Source: an uncultured Fibrobacteraceae bacterium (GTDB taxonomy: Bacteria; Krumholzibacteriota; Krumholzibacteriia; LZORAL124-64-63). Taken from it: a stretch of 64,000 nt of DNA. The stretch spans positions 7,486 through 71,485 of the forward strand of contig CAZWYF010000007.1 of the NCBI GenBank assembly GCA_964637835.1, read 5' to 3'. Below, in pieces: positions 8,854 through 18,895 of the stretch; within the stretch, counting starts at the first letter, position 1, and every line of letters starts with the position of its first letter. The position numbers and the translations under genes are program-made. The notes under the pieces were generated by a model. It worked only from the letters and a program-made list of their open reading frames with translations, searched no databases and had not been told where the DNA came from.

Positions 8854-10171
8854 CCTGGCCTGGGACACGGCGCGGCAGCGCGTCGAGCTCTGTGACACGG
8901 TGCGGCAGGTCGGTCGGGTCACCGGCCTGGTGGGCATGACCATCGAGGTCCGCGGCCTCGCCGCCCCGGTGGGCTCGCTCTGCCGCATCGAGGGCGGTCG
9001 TCACCGCGACCCCGTGCTCTGCGAGGCCGTGGGCTTCCAGGCCGGCCGATTGCTCCTGATGCCCTACGGGGACAAGCACGGCGTGGCGCCGGGGCAGGCC
9101 GTCGTGCGGCTGGCCAACCAGCTCACCGTGCCCGTGGGCGAGGCCCTGCTCGGGCGCGTGCTCGACGGCCTGGGCAATCCCATCGACGGCGGACCGCCCC
9201 TGCATCACCTGCCCCGGTGTCGCCTCGGCGGGGCTGCCCCCGGGGCGCTGAAACGGCGCCGCTGCACCGAGGCCATGCCCACCGGCGTGCGCGCGCTCGA
9301 TTCCCTGGTGACCGTGGCGCAGGGCCAGCGACTGGGGATCTTCGCCGGCAGTGGTGTGGGCAAGTCCGTGCTGCTGGGCATGCTGGCCCGGGGCGCCGCC
9401 GTGGACGTGAACGTCCTGGCCCTGATCGGGGAGCGCGGGCGCGAGGTGCGCGAGTTCCTCGAGCGCGATCTGGGGCCCGAGGGCCTGGCGCGCAGCGTGG
9501 TGGTGGTGGTCACCAGCGACGAGAGCGCGGTGATGCGCACCAAGGGGGCGGAGACGGCCATGACCATCGCGGAGAGCTTCCGCGACGCCGACCAGGAGAC
9601 CCTCCTGCTCATGGACTCGGTCACGCGCTACGCCATGGCCCTGCGCGAGATCGGCCTGGCCGCCGGCGAGCCGCCCACCACCAAGGGCTACCCGCCGTCG
9701 GTCTTCGCCGCGCTGCCGCGCCTCTGCGAGCGAGCGGGCTGGTCGGACGTCAATGCCATGACCGCCTTCTTCACGGTCCTGATCGAGGGGGATGACATCC
9801 ACGATCCCATCGGCGACGCCGTCCGCTCCATCCTCGACGGGCACGTGCTGCTCAGCCGCGACCTGGCGCGCGAGGGCCACTATCCCGCCATCGACGTGCT
9901 CGGCTCGGTGAGTCGCCTGCGCGGCGAGGTGGTGGCTCCCGGGGACCGCGCCGCCGGTGACCGGCTCCTGCGCTGGCTCAAGGCGCTGGAAGCGAATCGC
10001 GACCTGGTGAACATCGGCGCCTACGTGCCCGGCAGCGACCGGGTGCTGGACCAGGCGCTCGCCGCGCGCGACCACATCCGCGGCTTCCTCACCCAGGCCA
10101 TCGACGAGCAGGCGGACGCGCAGGAGAGCCTGGCCGCGCTGCGGGCCCTGGCGGGCGGGGAGGCGGCATGA
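8846..10171 (+). CDS. fliI: Flagellum-specific ATP synthase FliI
   Basis: Walker A GSGVGKSVLLGMLARG. F1/T3SS ATPase fold. 441 aa. Confidence 0.92.
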   Translation: MLDLAWDTARQRVELCDTVRQVGRVTGLVGMTIEVRGLAAPVGSLCRIEGGRHRDPVLCEAVGFQAGRLLLMPYGDKHGVAPGQAVVRLANQLTVPVGEALLGRVLDGLGNPIDGGPPLHHLPRCRLGGAAPGALKRRRCTEAMPTGVRALDSLVTVAQGQRLGIFAGSGVGKSVLLGMLARGAAVDVNVLALIGERGREVREFLERDLGPEGLARSVVVVVTSDESAVMRTKGAETAMTIAESFRDADQETLLLMDSVTRYAMALREIGLAAGEPPTTKGYPPSVFAALPRLCERAGWSDVNAMTAFFTVLIEGDDIHDPIGDAVRSILDGHVLLSRDLAREGHYPAIDVLGSVSRLRGEVVAPGDRAAGDRLLRWLKALEANRDLVNIGAYVPGSDRVLDQALAARDHIRGFLTQAIDEQADAQESLAALRALAGGEAA

Positions 10172-10638
10172 TGTTCCGCTTCCGGCTGGAGAAGGTGTTG
10201 CAGCATCGCCGGCGCGAGGTGGAGGCCCGCAGCCGGGAAGTGGCGTCCCGACGGGAGGTTCACGCCCGCGCCCGGGCCGCCCACGAGCAGGCGGCACGGG
10301 AACTGCAGCAGGCGCGCGAGGCCGCCGCGGCGGCACGCGGGCAGGGCCCGCTCGATGCGGCGGCCCTGGCGCGCACCGGCGCCTGGTTCGACGCGCGGCA
10401 GGCCGAACTCCACCGACTCGCCGAGCACGTCGCCGGCGCCGCGGCGGACGTGGAGGCGGCGCAGGAGCGCCTGACGACCGCCTGGCAGGACCGTGAGGTG
10501 CTCGAGCGGTTGCGCGACCGGCAGCACCGGGATTGGCGGCAGGAGCAGGCCCGGCGCGAGCGCCGGGCCCTCGATGAGATCGGTTCGATCCGGGCGGCGC
10601 TGGCCCGGCCGGCCCGGGTCGCCGAGGAGACCGGATGA
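10168..10638 (+). CDS. fliJ: Flagellar export protein FliJ
   Basis: 156 aa coiled-coil. MMFRFRLEKVLQHRRREVE FliJ-like start. Start overlaps the fliI stop (ATGA). Confidence 0.7.
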   Translation: MMFRFRLEKVLQHRRREVEARSREVASRREVHARARAAHEQAARELQQAREAAAAARGQGPLDAAALARTGAWFDARQAELHRLAEHVAGAAADVEAAQERLTTAWQDREVLERLRDRQHRDWRQEQARRERRALDEIGSIRAALARPARVAEETG

Positions 10639-10720
10639 TCGGCGGGGCCCGGCGGTCCTGGCGTGATCCCGGCCCGGTGACCGACCCTCGCGGCGTACGA
10701 CGCCGCAGAAAGGCGCGGAC

Positions 10721-11236
10721 ATGAAGAGCGTGCTGATCATCTCCAGCGTGACCTTCCTGCTGATCTTCGGCGGCGTCGCGGCGCTGGTCCTGACGCTGGG
10801 GGATCGGGGGTCTGACGCTCCCGCCGCCGACACCGGCGCCCCCGGGGCGGAGCGGTTGCTGCGCGACGCTGCGGCGGAACGCGACCGGCTGCAGCGCCAG
10901 GGCGAGGAACTGGCGCGCCTGGAAGGGGCGTACGCCGCGCGCGAGGCGCTCATGAGCCGCATCCACAACCAGTTGCTCGAGACCATCGGCAAGCTCGAGA
11001 AGCAGCAGGACGTGTACATCGAGGAGCAGGAGCAGGCGTCCGTGCGACTGGCCAAGATGTACGAGGCCATGAAGGCCGACCGGGCCGCCATGATCCTCTC
11101 GGCACTCGAACTCGACATCACCGTCGCCATCCTCGCCAGGATGAAGGAACGCGCGGCCGCGGAGGTCCTGTCCTTCATGGACGCCGGCCTCGCCGCGCAG
11201 ATCAGCACCCGGCTCAGCCTGCAGGGAGGTGCCTGA
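10721..11236 (+). CDS. YlxF/FlbB-like flagellar protein (single N-terminal TM, MgtE_N/FliG-like helical domain)
   Basis: TM segment VLIISSVTFLLIFGGVAALVL. C-terminal AAMILSALELDITVAILARMKERAAAEVLSFMD. Sits in the fliJ-to-fliK slot occupied by ylxF in Bacillus. Confidence 0.5.
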   Translation: MKSVLIISSVTFLLIFGGVAALVLTLGDRGSDAPAADTGAPGAERLLRDAAAERDRLQRQGEELARLEGAYAAREALMSRIHNQLLETIGKLEKQQDVYIEEQEQASVRLAKMYEAMKADRAAMILSALELDITVAILARMKERAAAEVLSFMDAGLAAQISTRLSLQGGA

Positions 11237-12576
11237 TGGAGATCAACAGCGGCAACCTGGTCCTGGCCCGCGAGGCCAAGGGGGGCAAGGCGACCTCCGC
11301 GACCGACACCCCGACGGAGGGGGCCGGCGGGAAGACCGCCGATCCGTTCGCCGCGCTGCTCGCCCTGCTCGATCCCCCGCCTGCCGCGTCGCTGCTGGGC
11401 GGATCGATGGGCGAGCCTCCCGCTCAGAAGAACGCGGCGGGCGGGAACGCCGGCGCCGCTTCCGGGCCTCCGGGAGGCTCGCGCGGGGCGATGGTGCCGG
11501 ACCTGCTGAGCGGCCTGCTCGGCGGTCCGCCCGTCCCGGGATCCGGGCGGCCAGCCACCCCGGCGGGTTCCGATCCGGCGCTCCTGGCCGTCGTCCAGGC
11601 CAGCGCCGCGCGGGCGGGCCAGGCCGCGCCGTCACGTTCCACCGGGGCGGCGGCGACACCGACGGCCCCGGATCCACGCCCGATCGGCGGCATCCCCGGC
11701 GGCCTCGGCACCACCGCTCCGGCCGCCGCGGGCGCCGACGGCGGCAAGCCCGCACCTCCTGGCGCGAACACCGCGAACACGCTGGCGACGACGTCGGGGC
11801 CGATCCCCGATCCGGCCCCCACGCCTCCTGCCGACGGGCGGCAGCCGTCCACCGGGACCACTGCGCCCTTCGTCCCCGGCGGCCGACCGATCGCCGCGGC
11901 TGGCTGGCTCGGCATCAGTGCACCCGGCGACACGGAGAAGACGCCCGGGCGCGCTCCCCAGGCGCCCAGCACGTCACCGGCGTCCACCACGGATGCGGCG
12001 CCGGCCCAGGTCACGGCTGCCCCGTCGACCCCGACCACCACCGACCCGACCGCCGCCCTCGCGGCTGGCCTGCAGGTGACCACCGCAGGCCCGTCCGCCG
12101 CCACCGGTGCCCCCGGCGGCCTGCCCACCGGCCTGCTCGACGGCGCCCGGACCGGAGACAGCCCGGAGGCCACCGGTTCGCGCTACGCCGCGGAACCGGC
12201 CCACATCCGGGCGCAGGTGGTTCGCCAGCTGGCGGCCGAGAACGCCGCGCCCGGTCAGGCCCGCAACCTGACGTTGCGACTCGAGCCCGAGCACCTCGGC
12301 AAGGTGGAGGTCCGGATCACGGCCACCGATGACGGCCTGGAGGTGGTCTTCCGGGCCGAGACGGCCGCGGCCCAGGACGCGCTGCGCGACCGCTCCGGTG
12401 AGCTGGCCCGTGCGCTCGGCGCGGCCGATGCGCGCTGGCAGAAGGTGGAGATCAAGGTGAGCGAACCTGCAGGAAGCAGGTCCGATCCCGAGGAGCCCGA
12501 CGAGGACGGATCGCAGGATCAGCCCCGTCGCGACCAGCAGGAATCCCGCGATCGCCGCGACGGCGACGATCGCTAG
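11236..12576 (+). CDS. fliK: Flagellar hook-length control protein FliK
   Basis: Pro/Ala-rich disordered N-region. C-terminal Flg_hook domain LTLRLEPEHLGKVEVRITATDDGLEVVFRAET. Confidence 0.75.
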   Translation: MEINSGNLVLAREAKGGKATSATDTPTEGAGGKTADPFAALLALLDPPPAASLLGGSMGEPPAQKNAAGGNAGAASGPPGGSRGAMVPDLLSGLLGGPPVPGSGRPATPAGSDPALLAVVQASAARAGQAAPSRSTGAAATPTAPDPRPIGGIPGGLGTTAPAAAGADGGKPAPPGANTANTLATTSGPIPDPAPTPPADGRQPSTGTTAPFVPGGRPIAAAGWLGISAPGDTEKTPGRAPQAPSTSPASTTDAAPAQVTAAPSTPTTTDPTAALAAGLQVTTAGPSAATGAPGGLPTGLLDGARTGDSPEATGSRYAAEPAHIRAQVVRQLAAENAAPGQARNLTLRLEPEHLGKVEVRITATDDGLEVVFRAETAAAQDALRDRSGELARALGAADARWQKVEIKVSEPAGSRSDPEEPDEDGSQDQPRRDQQESRDRRDGDDR

Positions 12577-12591
12577 CGGAGAGGTCGTCCC

Positions 12592-13242
12592 ATGCCCGTC
12601 AGTGCGGTCCAGAACGCCACCACCCCGGTGCTCGGCTCGCCCGGCTCCAACCCGGCCGACATCGACAAGATCGATTTCATGAACCTGCTGGTGGCCCAGA
12701 TCCAGAACCAGGATCCCCTGAGCCCCATGGACAACGCCCAGTTCACCAGCCAGATCACGCAGTTCACCATGCTCGACGAGATCTCGGAGATGGGCCAGAA
12801 GATGGATGATTCGCTGGCCATGGCCCAGTCGCTGAACAACACGGGCATGCTCGCCCTGGTGGGACGCAACTGCACCGTGGGCGGCGACCAGATCCACATC
12901 TCCGCCGAGGGGGTCAGCGCCACGAAGCTCAACAGCCAGGGCGGCGGCTCGGCCACCGTCATCATCCGCGATGCGGACGGCAACGTGGTCGATACCTACG
13001 TCGAGACGGTCTCCGCGGGCCTGAACGACATCGCCTGGGACGGCCGCGACGCCGATGGCGAGCTCCAGCCCGAGGGCCAGTACACCGTGGAGGTGGCGGT
13101 CACCTCGGCCGACGGCGAGTCCGTGGCGGCCGAGGTCCTGATGACCGGGCCGGTGCGCGGTCTGCGTTACGAGAACGGCGTCGCCGTGGTCGACGTCTTC
13201 GGCGAGGAATTCTACGTGTCCGATATCTACCAGGTCAGCTAG
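12592..13242 (+). CDS. flgD: Flagellar hook capping/assembly protein FlgD
   Basis: IDKIDFMNLLVAQIQNQDPLSPMDNAQFTSQITQFTMLDE signature. Ig-like C-domain. Confidence 0.85.
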   Translation: MPVSAVQNATTPVLGSPGSNPADIDKIDFMNLLVAQIQNQDPLSPMDNAQFTSQITQFTMLDEISEMGQKMDDSLAMAQSLNNTGMLALVGRNCTVGGDQIHISAEGVSATKLNSQGGGSATVIIRDADGNVVDTYVETVSAGLNDIAWDGRDADGELQPEGQYTVEVAVTSADGESVAAEVLMTGPVRGLRYENGVAVVDVFGEEFYVSDIYQVS

Positions 13243-13296
13243 GGAGCCTTTCCCGGCTCCCGGCGGGGCCGGTCGTGGAAGAACAGGAGGAAGAGC

Positions 13297-15354
13297 ATGT
13301 TCAAGTCGCTGTACTCCGGCGTTTCCGGCATGTCGGCCAACATGGCCCAGCTCGACGTGATCGGCAACAACATCGCCAACAGCAACACGACCGGCTTCAA
13401 GTCGGGTCGCGTGACGTTCAACGAGATGCTGACGCAGACCATCCGCTCGGCCAGCCGGCCCATCGCCGGCGGCCTCGGCGGCACCAACCCCCAGCAGATC
13501 GGCCTGGGCACCAAGGTGGGCAGCATCGACACCAACTTCGGCCAGGGGAACTTCCAGACCACCGGCATCAAGACCGACCTCGCGATCCAGGGCGCCGGCT
13601 TCTTCGTGCTCTCCGACGGCGTGAACAACACCTACACCCGCGCGGGCGTGTTCGGGCTGGACGCGGGCAACTTCCTGGTCAACCCCAGCACCGGCCTGAA
13701 GGTGCAGGGCGTCATGGCCGACGAGGACGGCGCCATCGGCAACGGTCCGGTGGGCGATCTGTTCATCGATCCGGGCCAGGTGGTCCCCGCGGCGGCCTCG
13801 AGCTCGGTGGAACTCATCGGCAACCTCGACGCCGACGCGGATGCCCGCGGCAGCATCGTCGAGACCGGCTCGCTGCTCGTGGCCGCCGCCGGGGACGACC
13901 TCCTGGTGAACCTCAGCGGGACCACCACCGGCGATCTCGGCCTGTTCGCCGGCGACGTGATCACCATGAACGGCCGCAGCGGCGGCGCCGACCTCGCCGA
14001 CAGCACCTTCGAGGTCACCGGCTCCTCCACCCTGCAGGACCTCGTGGACTGGTTGAACACCCAGGAGCCGGGCCTGACCTTCGGCCTGAGCGCCGACCCC
14101 GCGCTCGCCGGCGCCATCGAGGTGACCAACGCCACCGGCGCCGCGGTGGAGGGCCTCTCGCTCTCGCTCAACGGCCGCACCAGCTTCAACCAGAACTTCC
14201 TCTTCCCCGGCGACATCGCCGATGGGGCCACCACCACGACGGCCGATGGCGCCAGCGGCGAGGGGCTGCTCCGCGGCTACGCGGACGAGACCGACACCCT
14301 GGCCAGTCTCTTCGGCGCCAACGGCTCCAGCCTGGGGCTGGACCTCAGCGGCGGCTCCACCAACATCAGCATCGGCGGGGACCTCGGTGGCGAGGAGGTG
14401 GCGGCCAGCATCCTGACCGTGGACGACACCACCACCATGGCCGACCTCCTGTCGGAGATCCAGCAGACCTTCGGCATCAACTCCAGCCCCGTGGAGATCA
14501 ACGAGCAGGGCCAGATCGTGGTGCGCGGCGAGGCGGGCATCGCGGCCGCCATCGGCCGCATCTCCATCGAGGAGGTGGGCACGGACAACACCCTGCAGCC
14601 CTTCACCTTCAGCCCCACCCAGCAGGCGCGCGACCAGCAGACCTTCTCGGTCTCCACCACCACGTACGACTCCCTCGGCGCCGAGCACACCATCAACTTC
14701 AGCTTCCAGAAGGTGCCTGGCGAGAACGAGTGGATCTGGCAGGCGGAGATGGAGGGTGGCGAGGCGATCCTCTCCGGCGGCAGCGGCCGCATGCGTTTCG
14801 ACGAGAGCGGCGCCATCAGCAACTTCAGCTACGACGACGACGCCTCCGGCCTGGTCTACGAGCCGCAGGACGCCGGGCAGCAGGGCGCCGGCCCGGTGAC
14901 CCTGCAGATCGACTACGGCGAGATCGGCGGCCTCAGCGGCCTGACGCAGTTCGAGGGCACCGGCAGCCTCCGCTCCATGGCGGACGGCTACACCGCCGGG
15001 AGCCTCGTGGACTACGAGATCGACCAGAGCGGCCTGATCGTGGGCCGGTTCAGCAACGACACCATGCGCAACATCGGCCGCATCGCGCTGGTCCAGTTCA
15101 ACAACGAGGCCGGCCTCGTGCGCGAGGCCAACAACACGTACCGGCTGAGCGGCAACTCGGGCGATCCCATGATCGCCTTCGCCGGCGAGGGCAACGGCCT
15201 GACGCTCACGCCGGGTGCGCTGGAGAGCAGCAACGTGGACCTGGCCACCGAGTTCACGCGCCTGGTGGTGGCCCAGCGGGCCTTCCAGGCCAACAGCCGC
15301 GTCGTGACCACGGGCGACACGCTCATGCAGGAGCTGGTCAACCTGGTCCGGTAG
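13297..15354 (+). CDS. flgE: Flagellar hook protein FlgE (long form, 685 aa)
   Basis: MFKSLYSGVSGMSANMAQLDVIGNNIANSNTTGFK N-terminus. C-terminal RAFQANSRVVTTGDTLMQELVNLVR. Confidence 0.9.
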   Translation: MFKSLYSGVSGMSANMAQLDVIGNNIANSNTTGFKSGRVTFNEMLTQTIRSASRPIAGGLGGTNPQQIGLGTKVGSIDTNFGQGNFQTTGIKTDLAIQGAGFFVLSDGVNNTYTRAGVFGLDAGNFLVNPSTGLKVQGVMADEDGAIGNGPVGDLFIDPGQVVPAAASSSVELIGNLDADADARGSIVETGSLLVAAAGDDLLVNLSGTTTGDLGLFAGDVITMNGRSGGADLADSTFEVTGSSTLQDLVDWLNTQEPGLTFGLSADPALAGAIEVTNATGAAVEGLSLSLNGRTSFNQNFLFPGDIADGATTTTADGASGEGLLRGYADETDTLASLFGANGSSLGLDLSGGSTNISIGGDLGGEEVAASILTVDDTTTMADLLSEIQQTFGINSSPVEINEQGQIVVRGEAGIAAAIGRISIEEVGTDNTLQPFTFSPTQQARDQQTFSVSTTTYDSLGAEHTINFSFQKVPGENEWIWQAEMEGGEAILSGGSGRMRFDESGAISNFSYDDDASGLVYEPQDAGQQGAGPVTLQIDYGEIGGLSGLTQFEGTGSLRSMADGYTAGSLVDYEIDQSGLIVGRFSNDTMRNIGRIALVQFNNEAGLVREANNTYRLSGNSGDPMIAFAGEGNGLTLTPGALESSNVDLATEFTRLVVAQRAFQANSRVVTTGDTLMQELVNLVR

Positions 15355-15363
15355 CGTGGATTG

Positions 15364-15400
15364 ACGGCGGGCGGGGCGCCCCGGGCCCCGCCCGCACGCA
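15364..15400. other. GC-rich stem-loop immediately 3' of flgE (gcgggcggggc / gccccgcccgc arms), possible attenuator or processing site
   Basis: 11-bp perfect inverted repeat read directly. No U-tract. Confidence 0.3.
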
Positions 15401-15417
15401 GGCCGGAGCTAAAGTCC

Positions 15418-15642
15418 ATGATCAAGATCACGAAACTTAATGGCAGGGAACTGGTGGTCAACGCCGACCTCATCGAGTTCGTCGAGGCCACACCGGATAC
15501 CCTGATCAGCCTGACCACCGGCCGCAAGGTCATGGTGCTCGAGGACCTCGACGAGGTGGTCAGGCGCGCGGTGAGCTACCGCAGCCGGGCCCGCATCTAC
15601 CCGGTGCCCACCGGCGGCACCGGCTCGGTCTTCGAGGGCTGA
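15418..15642 (+). CDS. flbD: Flagellar protein FlbD
   Basis: 74 aa. MIKITKLNGRELVVNADLIEFVEATPDTLISLTTGRKVMVLE matches the FlbD family. Placement flgE-flbD-motA as in Firmicutes and spirochetes. Confidence 0.75.
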   Translation: MIKITKLNGRELVVNADLIEFVEATPDTLISLTTGRKVMVLEDLDEVVRRAVSYRSRARIYPVPTGGTGSVFEG

Positions 15643-15676
15643 ATCCCGGCGAAGACCCGGCAGAGAGGCGACGGAC

Positions 15677-16459
15677 GTGGACATCGGGACTGTCATCGGC
15701 ATCGTCGCAGCGTTCGCGCTGGTGATCTGGGGCATCCTGCTGGGGGGGAGCCTGGGCCAGTTCGCGGACGCTCCCTCGGTCGCCATCGTCGTCGGCGGCA
15801 CCTTCGCCGCCCTGCTGGTCGCCTTCCCCATCCAGAAGGTCCTGGGCGTGGCCCGGGTCCTGCGCAAGGCCTTCTTCACCTCGCCCCAGGATCCCGGCGC
15901 GGTGATCACCAAGATGGTCCGCTATGCCGAACGCGCCCGCCGGGAGGGCATGCTGGCCCTGGAGGAGGAATCGGAGGAGGAGCCCGACCTCTTCCTGCGG
16001 AAGGGCCTCAGGCTGGCGGTGGACGGGACGGACCCGCAACTGCTCGAGAAGATCCTGGAGACCGACATCGGCCAGATCGAAGCCCGCCACAAGGACGGCA
16101 AGAGCATCCTGGAGGCCGGCGGCACCTTCGCGCCGGCCTTCGGCATGGCGGGCACGCTCATCGGTCTGATCAACATGCTGGCCTCCCTGGAGGATCCGAC
16201 CACCATCGGCGCCGGCATGGCCACCGCGCTGATCACCACCTTCTACGGCGCCCTGCTCGCCAACGCCTTCTTCCTGCCCCTGGCCAGCAAGCTCGAGTCC
16301 CGTTCGTCCGAGGAGATCCTGGTCAAGGAGATGATCATCGACGGGATCATGGCCATCCAGAGCGGGGACTCGCCACGCATCGTGGAGGAGAAGCTCAAGA
16401 GCTTCCTCTCGCCGGTGCAGCGCGCCCAGGTGGACGACGCCAAGCAGAAGGCCGCCTAG
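15677..16459 (+). CDS. motA: Flagellar motor stator protein MotA
   Basis: GTG start. Four TM helices. LASLEDPTTIGAGMATALITTFYGALLANAFFLPLASKL MotA/TolQ/ExbB signature. Confidence 0.9.
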   Translation: MDIGTVIGIVAAFALVIWGILLGGSLGQFADAPSVAIVVGGTFAALLVAFPIQKVLGVARVLRKAFFTSPQDPGAVITKMVRYAERARREGMLALEEESEEEPDLFLRKGLRLAVDGTDPQLLEKILETDIGQIEARHKDGKSILEAGGTFAPAFGMAGTLIGLINMLASLEDPTTIGAGMATALITTFYGALLANAFFLPLASKLESRSSEEILVKEMIIDGIMAIQSGDSPRIVEEKLKSFLSPVQRAQVDDAKQKAA

Positions 16460-16495
16460 GCCGGTCCCGCCGGCCACCAGCGTCCGGGAGCAGCG

Positions 16496-17305
16496 ATGAG
16501 CAAGAAGAAGCGCCCGGTCATCATCAAGCAGGGCCTCGACGGCTGGGTCATGACTTACGGCGACATGATGTCCCTGCTGCTGACCTTCTTCGTGCTCATC
16601 GTCAGCTTCTCCTCCATGCAGGATACCAAGTTCAAGGACGCCGCCATGTCCCTGCGCCGCGCCTTCGGGGTCATGGTCCAGCCCGAGTCCGTGATCGAAT
16701 TCAACGACCCCCTGGTACCCAGGCACGAGACCAGCGAGCAGGCAGATCTGCTGCTGGAGGTCCGCGAACTGGAGAAGGCGCTGCTCGATCGCGGCCTGCA
16801 GAACGAGGTCGAGATGCAGGTCCAGGCCGATGGCGTCCGCTTCCGCATCGACGCGCCGGTGCTCTTCGAGCCCGCCAGCGTGGAGCTGCAGCCGGCCAGT
16901 TGCGAGGTCCTCGACACCCTGGGCACGTTCCTCGGCAAGTTCCCGGGCGAGGTCCGCGTGGACGGCCATTCCGACGCGCTGCCCATCCGCAACCGCCGCT
17001 ATCCCAGCAACTGGGAACTGTCCGCGGCCCGGGCCGGTGCGGTGGCACGATACTTTCAAGGAACCGGCATGGAACCCGCGCGGATCGCGGCCACCGGCTA
17101 CGGGGAACACCGACCGCTGGCGAGCAACGACACCGCCGAGGGCCGTGCGAAGAATCGCCGGGTGGAGATCTTCCTGAAGGTGGCAGCTAATCAGCCGGCC
17201 ACCGACAGGACACCGCTCAGCGGCACGCTGGACCGCACGCCGCGCACCGCGCCGCGGCCGACCCCGGTCACCGATCGTTTGCGGCGCGTGGGTCGTGAAC
17301 ACTGA
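16496..17305 (+). CDS. motB: Flagellar motor stator protein MotB (OmpA-like peptidoglycan-binding domain)
   Basis: Single TM followed by the plug. VRVDGHSDALPI...NWELSAARAGAVARYF...NRRVEIFL OmpA_C motif. Confidence 0.9.
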   Translation: MSKKKRPVIIKQGLDGWVMTYGDMMSLLLTFFVLIVSFSSMQDTKFKDAAMSLRRAFGVMVQPESVIEFNDPLVPRHETSEQADLLLEVRELEKALLDRGLQNEVEMQVQADGVRFRIDAPVLFEPASVELQPASCEVLDTLGTFLGKFPGEVRVDGHSDALPIRNRRYPSNWELSAARAGAVARYFQGTGMEPARIAATGYGEHRPLASNDTAEGRAKNRRVEIFLKVAANQPATDRTPLSGTLDRTPRTAPRPTPVTDRLRRVGREH

Positions 17306-17314
17306 GGAGCTGGC

Positions 17315-17830
17315 ATGGCGGACGAGAAGAAGGCACCCGAGGAGAGCACGGAGGCGAAGAAGCACGGCCTGCTCGAGAACAAGGTGGTGATCCTCGGTGG
17401 CGTGGTGGGGCTGCAACTGGTCCTGGCCGTGGTGCTGACCATGGTCGTGATCGTTCCCCGTCTCGGGGGACCGGCCTCCGCGGCCGCCACCATGGAGACG
17501 CCCCGCGTCGAGGCCGAACCCATGGGACAGCTCCTGAGCCTGGGCGAGATCATCGTCACGCTGCAGAGCGACGGCAGCGGCAGCGCGCGTTACCTGCGCA
17601 TCACCGTGGATCTCGAGCTGAGCGACCCGAAGGCCGTGGAGACGGCCACGGCCAGGCTGCCGGTGCTCCGCGACACGGTGATCATGACCCTGGCCAATCG
17701 CTCGGCGGCGGATCTGAACCGTCCCGAGGGCATGAAGGGCCTGCGCGACGAGCTCATGCGCCGCCTGGACGAGCGCCTGCCCGGGCAGATCCTCCGTCAC
17801 CTGTACTTCTCCGACCTCGTGATCCAGTAG
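17315..17830 (+). CDS. fliL: Flagellar basal body-associated protein FliL
   Basis: 171 aa. N-terminal TM. YLRITVDLELSDPKAVETATARLPVLRDTVIMTL FliL domain. Confidence 0.8.
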   Translation: MADEKKAPEESTEAKKHGLLENKVVILGGVVGLQLVLAVVLTMVVIVPRLGGPASAAATMETPRVEAEPMGQLLSLGEIIVTLQSDGSGSARYLRITVDLELSDPKAVETATARLPVLRDTVIMTLANRSAADLNRPEGMKGLRDELMRRLDERLPGQILRHLYFSDLVIQ

Positions 17831-17894
17831 TCACCGGACGCCGCGCGACGGCGCCCCCGGCTGGTCGACCACCGAGCGCAAGGACAGCACACCC

Positions 17895-18893
17895 ATGGCC
17901 GGCTCCGACATCCTCGACGACCTCGACCTCGACGCGGCCCTCGACGACGCGACGGACCTCGGTCTGGACCTCGATTCGGTGATGAACGCCGATCCCGAGG
18001 AAGAGGATCCCTCCGGCGTCCGCGCCTACGATTTCAATCGACCCCACAGCATCTCCAGGCGGTTCGGCCAGAACCTGCAGAACATCGCCGAGCAGTTCAG
18101 TCGTCATGCCACGGTGAACCTGACCAGCCTGCTGCGGTCCAACGTGGTGACGGAATTCCAGGACCTGCAGCTGCGATCCTACACCGAGTACCGGGACGCC
18201 CTGCCGCGCCCCACCTGCCTCGCCGCCATGACCCTGCGGCCGCTGGCGGGCACGACGCTGCTGCACATGGACCTGAGCCTGTGCTTCGTGATCCTCAAGA
18301 AGCTCATGGGCGGACGCCCGGACGGGGAGGAACGCCTGCGGCCGTTCACGGAGATCGAACGCGGCATCTTCGCGCATTTCTCCGGCCGCCTCGCCGATCT
18401 GCTCCGGACCGCCACGAGCAAGCTGGTGGAGCTGCAACCCGAGCCGGGGGCCCTGGAGAACAATCCCGACTACGTCAGCGGCGTGCCGGCCGGCGAGACC
18501 CTGATCTGCATGCGCTTCCGCGTCCGGCTCGAGGCGGTCGAGGGCACCCTGGAGTTCGCCTTTCCGCAGTCGGCCTTCTCGCCTGTCCGCGACGTCTTCG
18601 ATCCCGAGGACAGCGTGGAACTGCGTTCGCACGACGAGATGTCCCGGGACCGTCACCAGATCCTCGACCTCATCCAGTCGACCACCAGCGAGCTGGTGGT
18701 GCGCCTCGGCGACCTGGAACTCCCGCTCGATCGCGTCCTGGCCCTGCAGGAGGGTGACCTGCTGCACCTGCCGCAAGCGGTGGATAGCCCACTGACGGTG
18801 TTGATCGAGGGCCGGGAGGTCTTCCTGGCCGAGGCCGGACGCGTCAACCAGAACCGCGCCGTCAAGTTGATCCAGAAACTCGAGAAGGAGTGA
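17895..18893 (+). CDS. fliM: Flagellar motor switch protein FliM
   Basis: 332 aa. VRAYDFNRP..., CheC-like middle domain, C-terminal SpoA-like region. Confidence 0.85.
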   Translation: MAGSDILDDLDLDAALDDATDLGLDLDSVMNADPEEEDPSGVRAYDFNRPHSISRRFGQNLQNIAEQFSRHATVNLTSLLRSNVVTEFQDLQLRSYTEYRDALPRPTCLAAMTLRPLAGTTLLHMDLSLCFVILKKLMGGRPDGEERLRPFTEIERGIFAHFSGRLADLLRTATSKLVELQPEPGALENNPDYVSGVPAGETLICMRFRVRLEAVEGTLEFAFPQSAFSPVRDVFDPEDSVELRSHDEMSRDRHQILDLIQSTTSELVVRLGDLELPLDRVLALQEGDLLHLPQAVDSPLTVLIEGREVFLAEAGRVNQNRAVKLIQKLEKE

Positions 18894-18895
18894 GC

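Noticed and set aside
11229-12332. 367-aa Arg-rich + strand ORF and 13275-15440 721-aa ORF in alternative frames of fliK and flgE
   Set aside because: Alternative-frame translations of confidently identified flagellar genes. The amino-acid composition is nonsensical.
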